Source of the DNA: Basidiobolus meristosporus CBS 931.73
Taxonomy: Eukaryota > Fungi > Basidiobolomycota
NCBI GenBank assembly: GCA_002104905.1
Contig: MCFE01000028.1
Coordinates: 124,001-188,000 of the forward strand
DNA length: 64,000 nt
Reading direction: 5' to 3'
The position numbers and the translations under genes were made by a program. Below the pieces are notes generated by a model, which did no database searches, had not been told where the DNA came from, and saw only the letters and a program-made list of their open reading frames with translations. Positions 50,469 through 64,000 of this stretch are shown piece by piece (position 1 is the first letter of the stretch; each line of letters opens with the position of its first letter).

Positions 50469-51050
50469 ATGACAAATCCTCTGGAGCAATTGGCCAACAC
50501 AAACACCTGCGGTTCCCTCATTTTCTGCAAGGAATGCGGAAACCTTCTGGACATGTTGGGTGACAACGACATCATTGTATGCGGCATGTGTGGACTCACC
50601 CAGAAGACTGACGGTGGGACTTGACCTTCCTTAACCATTGCTAGAAGTCTGGTTTCTGACGTAGTGTTTTTGCTTAGCTTTCGGCGACTTTGAGGTGATC
50701 ACACGTAGTAGTGAGCACGCTTTCCCTTCAGCCCTGAAAAACAAGCGCTCTCTGGTTCAGCAGCAACCCAAGAAGCGTGAAGCCGCAGCCACGGTACTTT
50801 CCCCCTGCTAACACGAAAAATGCCCACCAGCAACTAACCCTCCGCTCCAACAACAGATCAAAGAGAAATGTCCCAAGTGTGGTGCGCCCGAAATGTCCTT
50901 CCATACCATGCAGCTTCGTTCGGCTGATGAAGGACAGACCGTTTTCTACAACTGTACGAAATGCGGGTATGTAGCCAATAGTGCCTCCTCATGTTCAGTG
51001 GTTTCTGACGCTTTCTTTCCTCTAGTTACAAATACTCCATCAACAGTTAA
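50469..51050 (+). CDS. RPA12: RNA polymerase I subunit A12 (4 exons)
   Basis: N-ribbon FCKECGNLL...CGMC and C-ribbon IKEKCPKCG...[33 protein letters not shown] is typical of RPA12. Confidence 0.92.
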
Positions 51051-51325
51051 TTCTCTGGGCGTCCGATGGTTTTCCTACTTTATTTCTCGGGTGTTGCGGG
51101 ATCACTGGTTCCGTTAGACGATTTCATTTGATTGCAATGTATAGACAACGAAAAGTATTCTGAATAAATCTTGCCGACATACTTCCTCTCTACAAATGAG
51201 TCGATGGTGTATTTATTCAATTCTAATTGGAAGTAATATAATGTACGTCATTACAGTTACAGTAAACGGGGCTTTGATGGGCGGTGGTCAATGAGGTTTA
51301 TGGGTGGTTCGTCAAGAGGAGGAGA

Positions 51326-52202
51326 TCACTGATGCTTGGACTTCTTCTTGGCGCTCTTCTCTTTCTTGGGCTTCTTGGATTTTTGGGGAGTCGAAGGTGT
51401 ACTCTCAACCTCGGCAATCTCCCTCTTCTCCCCTAAAACGCGGGTCAGTATTGAGGTTGACGCCGTGCGAAATGGATGGCATTCCTACCTGTGTCGAAGC
51501 CATAGGGTTTGAATCGCATTTTAAGTCCTTCGGGGTGGGCGCGTGGGACGTATTCACGGTCACGAATGGTGGTGGCAACTTCGGTCGAGTCAGGGATATC
51601 GACTTTCTGAACGAGATTGAGCTTGCGAGCGAACTTGGTAGGGGCTAATCAACAATAAATCTTGCTTGAGAACCCAGTATTCCACTGCCAATGCGACTTC
51701 CTAACGATCCTTACCGCTAGTGTACTTGCTTCCCTTGGCACCGTTAGGCAACAGACAGTACATGGCGTCCATCTCTTGACCGCCTCTGGAGTTGGATTTT
51801 TCGTTATCCTCCAGGACTTCAAAGAGCTCGTATTCCCGCTCGGCAGCAGCCTTCAAACTGCCGATTTTCTTCTCCTTCCCTTCGGGGAGTTTGATCTTAA
51901 GGCCGTTCAGTTGCTCTGCAGAAATCTTTCGAGAAGTCAATCGGACTAAATCACTTGAACTACCGAGAAGTACCCTTCAAACTTACATCGAGTGGAACAC
52001 GAATCAACCACAGTTCTTTGTCGTCGCCGATCTCTGACAGTTGGAACGGGGTTTCCTGGGTGAATTTGGCCAAGGCGAAATCTTCGGGTGGTTGATATTC
52101 CCTAGGAAGCAATTCACGTTGGTTTAGTCAAGTTTCTAGCCTCCAGGGCTGGCCGACAAACGGGTGCCGGACACCGGCCCGAACTTGGGGAAATGCTTAC
52201 AT
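51326..52202 (-). CDS. RPA34: RNA polymerase I subunit A34 (RPA34.5/PAF49 family), 4 exons, start codon split by intron 1
   Basis: MEYQPPEDF...ELWLIRVP...PEGLKMRFKPYG and Lys-rich tail KSKKPKKEKSAKKKSKHQ. Canonical GTAAG donors. Confidence 0.85.
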
Positions 52203-52595
52203 GTTGTCTAGTGGACCTTCTCTATCTGGAGTACTTGGGGAAATAAAACAAAAATAAAAAGGTTACCCACATATTTGGGAATGGTACGAATTTGTTGGTT
52301 AAGCAGGGTTTTTTTCATCCCGATTTTTTTTTCTTACACATTCAGTCACAAAAGTCGTCTAAGTTATGCAAATTGCCGAATGGTCGAGTGTTGCTTGGTA
52401 GCGAAACATTTATGTGGTCTTTGGGTGGAGTTCTAGTTGGAACCTATTGTATGTATGGGTCATTATGGCGGTAGGAGAGACTTATGTAAGTGTGAGGAAA
52501 CCAAGAAAAATAGGACAATAATTGAACAGGTGAATGATGTGGTTACAAAAAGTGCACTGAGGTCACAAATATGATAGGGAGAAGCGCATCACGGC

Positions 52596-54638
<2,043 letters not shown>

Positions 54639-55219
54639 CTACGGGCATGTGCTTACGGTCGTTGGACAAGTTGTGCGTTTGGTCCGGGGGTTATAATCAA
54701 AGGAGGCACATTTTGTAGCCTTTTACGCTGCGTGGCTGCAAGTCTCTTTGCTGACACTATAGCTTTTGAGCGTGTGAGTGAGGACAATCACTAGCTTCGA
54801 GCATAACCACCATTATCCATACCTTGGGTAGACATTGCTAAGGCCAACTAATCAAAAAGAAACTTCACGCCAGCAAGCAAAATAAACCGAAAAGAAAAGT
54901 ATGTTGTGCAGATGGAAGCTGTGGGAACCGAACGTCGCGCTGAACAGTAGACACTTGTGTAAAGTGAACCAAACTCTATGAAATCCATTTATCATAGGTG
55001 ACAATATAAGCCAAAATCAGGGAATCGGAAGATTCGCCTGGTTTGCGCACCCAGAGTACAAATTTTGTGGCAACCATATCTCCCACTCCTGACTCCCAAC
55101 CTGTCCAGATCCCAGTAGGTTCAAAAAGGAAAAAAAGTCGCATTCCAGTTTCAAAAAAAAAAAAATTCCCTGAAAATAATAAAGTGGTATCGGTGTTCGA
55201 TTGAGGATTTCCCTTGTGA

Positions 55220-56538
<1,319 letters not shown>

Positions 56539-56780
56539 TGCTTTATTTACTTTGTTGAGTTTGATTGTTCCTCCTCTCAACCCACTGTATTAATTGTAAA
56601 TAAACGACCTACCCTTTGCTATGTTAGACCAGGTTGATTGCTTGAAAGGGGGTCAGATTTCGATTATGATTAATTGCATCCCACCGATTGTGCGATTATG
56701 CGATTGAACGAATGGTCTATATAATTGGTGTGAATGGCGGTTACGATGGTGCTTCAGGAATACCTCTTTCCCTCAGAACA

Positions 56781-57662
56781 ATGGAGTTGCCGCTGATTCA
56801 ATATAAACGCTCAGAATACATCGAGACGGTATGCTAAGACGTGATTCCCTCCAATTACCCTCCCGCCACGTATTTACTGATGATGCGCAACGTAGGATAC
56901 TGGAAATAAAGTCAGCCGAAAGTCGGTTATCTGTGGCAGTCAAAATATTATTCTTGGAGGAAAAGTAGGAATGCTTTGGGGATAGCAGAATCCCGAATCC
57001 AAACTATGTACTAAGATGACAACTGACCTAGACAATCATCCAAACAAACTGCGTGATTCGCGGTGATCTAAGGAGAACCGGCGGTGGCCACGCGGTGGTA
57101 GTAGCCATCGGGAGATACTGCCTGCTTTCCCAAGGCTCGGTCATCCGTCCTCCTTATAAGACATACAAAGGGTACGAAGCGGTGTACATTGTATTTGGTG
57201 GTGCAATATCTTAGCGTTTGAAAACCACAGGATTTTCAGCTACTATCCGATGAAGATTGGTGACCACGTATCTATCGGCGAAGGCAGCATTATCGAAGCA
57301 GCAACCATTGGATCCTACGTACACATTGGCAAGAACTGTATAATTGTAAATATACGTAATCAAGGCAACCGTGTATGCTATCCATCCACTGACCAGAATG
57401 GCTGCCATTCTAGGGACGCTTTGCCATCATCAAGGATTGCTGCAAGATAGAGGATAACACGGTGATTCCGCCCAACACCGTGGTTCCCTCGTTTTCTGTC
57501 TATTCCGGATCGCCAGGTTTGTGGACCATCTTTGATGTGGGGGCAACCTTAGGCTAACGGGCCATTTTAGGAGTATTTGTTGACGAGCTGCCGGAGTCCA
57601 CTCAAGAGATGTTTGAGGCCCGAACCAAAGATTATTACTCAAAGTTTACTCCAGGAGAATAG
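56781..57662 (+). CDS. DCTN5: Dynactin subunit 5 (p25), multi-exon
   Basis: Y...[36 protein letters not shown]....VIRPP.K, hexapeptide repeats [33 protein letters not shown]. Confidence 0.93.
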
Positions 57663-58028
57663 GCGGAGGGAATGGTCTGTGAAATCCCTCGTTGCTTTCT
57701 GCGAGGCGGAGGATGTTCTTGTAATCTACCTAATTTTAATCACTATATTCTGGAATAAAGCGCCTTGCTTATATTGCCAAATTGGCCAACCCAACGAAAA
57801 ACAAACCATCCTCGAACACCCGAGTCATAGAGCATCTGAAAAAATTCGACACTTGCGATTGGTAGAGCAGATTTCTACAAATTGCCACATGTCAGATTGT
57901 GTGCCTTCCTCTTTTCTGCATTCTCATCCGTTTCCTCACGAGTGGTTAGTATCTGAGCAGCATTCAGTTGAATCCATCAAACAACGAATACTTACTTACA
58001 CCTTACTTCGCAGGGATAGTATTTCAAA

Positions 58029-58598
58029 ATGAAGGATATCTACAAGGAAGAAGAACTCACCATCCCTGAGGGCGTTACTGTTGACGTCAAGGCCAGAGTT
58101 GTCCGTGTCAAGGGTCCCCGTGGTACTCTCAGCAAGGACTTCCACCATGTCAACATGGATATCAAGAAGATCAGCGCCACCAAGATCCGCCTTGTTATCT
58201 GGCACGGTGCCCGCAAGCATGTTGCTTGCCTTCGTACTATTCGCTCCCTCATCCAAAACATGATCACCGGTGTTACCAAGGGATTCCTTTACAAGATGCG
58301 CTTTGTATATGCCCATTTCCCCATCAACGTTAACATCACTGATGACGGTAAATTCGTCGAAATCCGTAACTTCTTGGGTGAGAAGGTTATCCGCAAGGTT
58401 CAAATGCTTGAGGGTGTTACCATCCAGCACTCCGAGAGCCAAAAGGACGAGATCATCCTCCAAGGTAACTCTCTCGAGAACGTCTCTCAATCCGCCGCTT
58501 CTATCCAGCAATCTACCCTTGCCAAGAACAAGGATATCCGTAAGTTCTTGGATGGTATCTACGTTTCTGAGAAGACCAACGTCGTTCTCGAGGACTAA
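58029..58598 (+). CDS. RPL9: 60S ribosomal protein L9 (uL6)
   Basis: Intronless 189-aa ORF with [54 protein letters not shown]. Strong codon bias. Confidence 0.98.
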   Translation: MKDIYKEEELTIPEGVTVDVKARVVRVKGPRGTLSKDFHHVNMDIKKISATKIRLVIWHGARKHVACLRTIRSLIQNMITGVTKGFLYKMRFVYAHFPINVNITDDGKFVEIRNFLGEKVIRKVQMLEGVTIQHSESQKDEIILQGNSLENVSQSAASIQQSTLAKNKDIRKFLDGIYVSEKTNVVLED

Positions 58599-58848
58599 AC
58601 CCAATATTAGAGTGAAGTTTGGAAACTATCATTTGGTACTCCTGATGAAAAATAATCACATCCTTCCTTTATAAATATACAACTCATTGAATAAACTAGT
58701 ATGAGTGAATGTCACATCGTTTGTCCAATCAGAACCCGGGCTGAGTCTACATATGGTGACTCTTTTGGGTGATGTCAATGCTATTCGTCATGGATTGTTT
58801 ATATTCTGGTGGCCTTATTGTTGTTTCTTGGTTGCCTTTCCCTTCGAC

Positions 58849-61217
58849 ATGGCTGAAGATATACCTACCCAGAGCAACTTCGACCCGCTAAGCAGGGTCA
58901 ATACTACCACCACACTAAGTTTCCTTAGGTATCACAGGGATCAGTTGGCTGGGAAGCCGGTGAATTATTATGCTGACTATGTTCTAGTCTTCAAGTATAA
59001 CACTCCAGCCTCGAAAGCCACCTCAGAAGAGCGTCAGAAAGATGAGCAGCAAGCAATCTTAAGCTTTGAAAAGCTTACTACCAAACTTCGTAAAGCTGGT
59101 TTGGAATTCGAAGCCAGAAAAGGATCTTCGGGGAAACTTCTGCTGTTTATTATGTGTCCGGTGGCAAGAGTGAAGCAGGAGCTTGAAAACTCTAGGTACT
59201 TTATCATGTATGTCGGTATCATGGTGATCCCTTTCTTATCCTTTTGTTCCATAGAGTCCAAGATTGGCTTTCAGGCGTTAGTGTGTCGCCTGTTGAAAGA
59301 GGTGGTAGTATTGCTCGTTCTCTCAGCGAAAAAAGCGCTGATCTTACCGATTCCGAGCGCCTTCGCTTGGTCCATCGTATTATAGTGGGCGCTGAAGAGG
59401 ACGGGTGTGCTGGGCTTGATCCTGAAAGTGTAGACGAAGTTGATGCGTTATTTCCCATTCATGATCGCAAGTATAACAAGGTAGCTTATACATAGTATAC
59501 ATTGAGATGAATCTTCCACTAGACAATATTGGCTTGAACTTTCAGAAATGGCTTAAAAAATGGTCTACATCATGGCGAATCAAACAGGACGACTTACAGG
59601 ACTTACGAAACCATTTCGGTGAAACGGTACTCTTACTTTCCCTGTTGTTGTGTGATCAAACCATTGACAATTTATCGTGCACTTCAGATTGCTTTTTATT
59701 TCGAATTTCTCCAGTACTATTTCTTCTCGTTGGCTATTCCAACCGCCGCCGGCATGCTTGCTTACTTCATGAACGGTGAATTCTCCATCGTGTTCTCTGC
59801 TTTTACTGTTGGTTGGGGAGTCGTGTTTTTGGAGTTATGGAAACGACGTGAACGTGAATTGGCCATTTGGTGGAATGTTAGAAACTGCTCCAAAGTAGAG
59901 CAGCGTAGATCAGCATACGTCCCTTCTAGCACCGTGCGGGACTCAATCACCGGCGAGACTATTTATTACACTCCTCTATGGGAGTCGTGGGGCAAAAGAG
60001 CAGCTACCATCCCCGTTATTATCTTGGGAGGACTGTTGTTTTCATTGGTAGTTGGTATAGTTTTTGCTGTGGAGGTATTCCTTAACGAGCTTTATCAAGG
60101 ACCATTCCACGAGTACTTGGTCCTGTTCCCAGTCATACTTTATTCTGCCAGTATCCCATATCTCAGCCAAGTGTATACGGATTTGGCGCGCAAACTCAAC
60201 GACTTCGAAAACCACGAAACCGACTCTGAGTATAATGCCTTTTTAACCTACAAAGTGTGCTTGGTGAACTTCCTGGTTGGATTTCTGTCAATCTTCTTGG
60301 TCGCGTGGGTGTACATCCCCCAAAAGGAGAGGTTAGAACAACTGATTGTTAGCACCTCTTCCATCAAAACTGTCCACAGCAGCGTTGGACCGGAGAGACT
60401 CCAGGCACAACTTATGTACTTCGTGTTGACTGCTCAGGCGATCAGCTTTGCTACAGAAGTGATAGTCCCCATAGCAACCAGATATGCAGCCACCAAGGCC
60501 CAGAGCATCAAGGAGAAAGTCATCAAAACGTCTACTAGCGAAGAACAAGATGAGTTTGTCCGTGAAGACGAAAAAGATTTTATCAGCAGAATCATCTCAG
60601 AAAGCAAACTACCACAATACGATGTTTATGAGGATTATGCTGAGATGGTCACCCAGTTTGGCTACGTTACCCTGTTCTCCACCATTTGGACTTTAACCCC
60701 ACTAGCCGCATTTGTTAACAACTGGGTTGAGATGAGATCAGACGCAGCCAAAATATGTATCAATACCAGGCGCCCCATTCCCAGCCGAACGGATACCATC
60801 GGCCCATGGCTAGATAATCTAAGCATACTCACCTGGTTATCGTCGTTGACTAACACTGTTCTCGTTTACCAATTCCGCCATTGGAATCAGCAAGTGAACC
60901 ATGACTCGTACTCGTACACCCATCGAGTGATCTACGGGATTGTAATTGCAGTATTGGCGGAGCACACTTTCTTCCTGTTTAGACATTTTATTAGAGTTGT
61001 CGTGAAATCGGTTCCCAGTTGGGTCGACGAAATAGTCCGGAAAGAGGAATACGAAATGAAGCAAGAGATCCTGAAGTCTAGTCAAACTGCCGTCAACCAA
61101 GCAGGTGCAAGTCAGGTCGCCGCTGAGGCTAACACCGAAACCCCTGTTCCATATGGTTTCCAACAAGCAGTGGATATTGGCATTTCCGAGATCCAAGGTT
61201 CCTTCAAGAATTCTTGA
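58849..61217 (+). CDS. Anoctamin/TMEM16 family scramblase-channel (Ist2/ANO10-like), multi-exon
   Basis: ADYVLVF, FPIHD...N, LRNHFGE.IAFYF.FLQYY, FLELWKRRE..LA..W, L.DFENHET..EY, YEDYAEMVTQFGY..LFS..W.L.PL...VNNW.E.RSDA.K, RRP.P.R.DTIGPW. Confidence 0.93.
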
Positions 61218-61614
61218 AACAACAACTACCTCAATTTGCTTCCTACAATAAAGCCTTACAAATGCTCCTCTCAGGGCTTTTGAAAATCAGACAAATGAAT
61301 ATGCTGGGTAAAGCTCATGGTTTCCTCTCCCTCATATGGATGTCGCCACCTTTGAGTTGTCAATGATGAATGATTGATTTTGGATTAATATACATATATG
61401 TAGTTTTGATATTGACTACATACACTAGATGATATTCAACCTTCCGCAATATGCTCAACAAATCATCATTTCCGGAGGGAAAAATTTGTCCTACAAATGG
61501 AGAAGTGGAATAATTCTCGGTTCAAGTTAATTAGAATAATTTCTGGTGAGTAATCAAGGAGCATCTTTGTGGTATTCTTTACATTGGAGTGCTTCCTACA
61601 TCGTGTTTCACACC

Positions 61615-64000
61615 ATGAACCAATTCCAAAGTACCCGCCAGCTACTAAGAGGGGCATCCCGTCTTACTAGTAGAAGTCTTGGGTCTCTAAATCGGACTTT
61701 CCCCTCTCGGTTGCCCACAAAACTCTCCTTGGAAACCAGATATTCGAAGTTCCATTCTTTGTCGAGACAATTCTCAAAGCCTACTATACCCATAGAGCCT
61801 ATATGTGTTCCGATCCCCGACATTTCAAAGACTAGTGAGAGTAAGCCTTACGAAAAGGAAGAAGGTCAGCGTCAAGTGTTCTCCAACTCCGCCCCGGACG
61901 ACAAACCAAATGAAGGGAACGATCCACACGATGCTAATTCTCGGACTAGGGGTCGTCGTACCCGTAAAATTAAAGACAAAAAAGCCAGCGGAGAATACAC
62001 TCCGAGCATTCCTTCAGATTTCGTTCAGTTGAGGTATAAAAGCTTGGACAAGAATGAGTCCGATTTCTCAACCCTGTTGTATCCATTATCGGAAACCGTG
62101 AAGCAGGAAATGATTCTTGCTATTCAAGCTGCGTTGATACCTTCGCCTCAAGACTCTTCCGCTCAGGGACGCCGCAGTAATATTTTACTCGAATGCTCAG
62201 CTCCTGGGGCTTCAACTTACCTTGATGGTCTGGTTGAATGCTCTGCAAAAGAGCTCGGAGCAGATGTCCTCTCCTTTGATATCCACGATTTGATGGTCAT
62301 GACTAATGACATATTTTCACGTACTAATGGTTCGTCGAATTCATTTTTCATTTATTGCCAGCTGTCACTTGTTCTAATACTTTGTATGTATAGTTAACCC
62401 TTGGCCAATCTTTCCCAGTAATTCCTCGATGATGTCTTCTTTTCCTGGCTCCCCATACGTCTCTAGTGATTCGTATGGACAAGATGATGATGAGGATGAT
62501 GATATGGATGACGAAGACGATGGCTGGCAAGACAACGGTAAGCCAGGCGTACTAGTTATGGGCCAAGGTGAACCGTTTGGATCGATCGGCGAAGCATACA
62601 AGCAGAAATTAGAAGAGAAATTCGACCGTTTCTTTACCTCTTTGCTTTCGACCCCAGCCAATGTAGCTGGTGAATCTAGACCATTGATTGTTCATTTCAA
62701 GGATTTTTCACATCTCGGAAACTCCCGGTTTTCTGTCATCGTCTTGAAATCTCTGATGGAAGTTGCACAGAAGGAGCGCCAGAAAGGACGACGCATAGTA
62801 GTTGTTGGTGGAGTAACACCGTCACTTTTGAACCCAATACCCGATGCAAAGAATCAATTGGTTCAAGACATCTCCTCTGTGGTGATGCAGCTGGTAGAGC
62901 GCGCGTCATATATTCCTAATTTCTACCAGATATCAATACCCACCCCGGAGGTCCCAAAGGCCTTAGGGGATGCGGAAAGCGGAAAGGATGACCACAAGTG
63001 GAAGCAAGAGCATCAAAGCGATAGAGAAAGATCCATTCATGAAATCAACATCAAGAACATAATCAGTCTGTGCATCCGCAAAGGTGCCTCGTTGAATTAC
63101 TATGACTATCAAAATTTCGGGGAGAACCTTTGGGATTTGGACGGTATTCGCCAGGAGGTTTGGAGCTTTGAGAAGGTTCACAGATTGACCACAGTAGCTA
63201 TCGGCAGGGCTAGTATCGATCAACAAGATGCTGAAGTCAGCAATGTCCAATTGGAGCTGAGCCACTTCCAACAGGCTCTACAAGTTGTGAACACCAACCT
63301 TGGGCTTCGACCTGATAGCCTTACTGGCAGACTACAAAAAGAAAGTGAAGTGAACGACCCATTCCGAAAGAACATATCCAAAGAGGACTGCAACTCCTAT
63401 GAGAAGCGTATGCTTAGCTGTGTAGTAGATGCGCAATCCATTACCTCTGGATTCTCGGATATTTGTACGAACTCGTCAACCATTCAAACTCTGCAGACAT
63501 TGATTACTCTTCCATTGTTGCGGCCTCACCTCTTTGCCAGAGGTGTCTTAGCTCGACACTATATTTCTGGACTCCTGCTCTTTGGTCCTCCTGGTACCGG
63601 TAAGACATTGCTTGCGAAAGCTGTAGCCAAGGAAAGCGGAAGCAACGTGTTGGAGATCAAGGGAAGCGATGTGTACAATAAGTATGTAGGGGAGGGAGAA
63701 AAGAACGTGAAGGTAGGATCTGCACTTTTTTGCAAAGCATAGGAACATACTGACTGAAGCCCCTTTTACAGGCCATTTTCTCCTTAGCGCGCAAACTATC
63801 ACCATGTGTAGTATTTATCGACGAGGTTGATGCGCTCTTTTCTTCCCGCAGGAGTGATTCGAATGGCTCAGGAAAACGCGAGATCATCAATCAATTCATG
63901 GTCGAATGGGACGGACTGACTTCCAAAAACTCGGGAGTAATCATCATGGCAGCCACCAACAGACCATTTGACTTGGATGACGCAGTACTTCGAAGAATGC
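61615..64000 (+). CDS. Msp1/ATAD1-type AAA+ ATPase with a long N-terminal extension (3' end outside window)
   Basis: [88 protein letters not shown]. The R/S/L-rich N-terminus resembles a mitochondrial presequence. Confidence 0.9.

Noticed and set aside
52220-52272. ATG at 52272 as the RPA34 start
   Set aside because: It hits TAG in frame, and the alternative would need a ~33-nt intron. The split AT|G start fits canonical splice sites.
52530-52562. C/D box snoRNA (ATGATG...CTGA)
   Set aside because: The C box is imperfect, the spacing is far too short, and there is no terminal stem.
57996-58604. 202-aa antisense ORF over RPL9
   Set aside because: Mirror frame of a strongly codon-biased ribosomal protein gene, with no independent motif.

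Overview
Eukaryotic (fungal) genomic DNA, probably an early-diverging lineage such as Zoopagomycota or Mucoromycota; this is inferred from short GT-AG introns with CTAAC-like branch sites and from gene content. The window has two sharply different halves. (1) 1 to ~41.5 kb is an AT-rich, almost CpG-free nest of decayed, nested transposons. It holds several Ty1/copia copies (one full-length, plus solo LTRs with perfect TSDs), one young Ty3/gypsy element with an internal deletion, several CACTA/EnSpm (Tnp2) copies with a divergently transcribed second ORF, and a probable PIF/Harbinger-like two-ORF element. (2) ~41.8 to 64 kb is a compact, CpG-rich gene block. In order: a secreted group XII-like PLA2 homologue lacking the catalytic Asp, an alpha-arrestin, a SPIDR-like protein, EPT1/CPT1, RPA12, RPA34, an SRPK kinase, WDR5, DCTN5, RPL9, TMEM16/anoctamin and an Msp1/ATAD1-type AAA ATPase that runs off the end. 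No rRNA, tRNA or CRISPR array was seen. The best leads are the pseudo-PLA2 at the TE border, the tail-to-tail RPA12-RPA34 pair, the SPIDR-like gene and the two-gene DNA transposons. All family calls come from motif recognition by eye, not database searches, and TE boundaries marked ~ are approximate.
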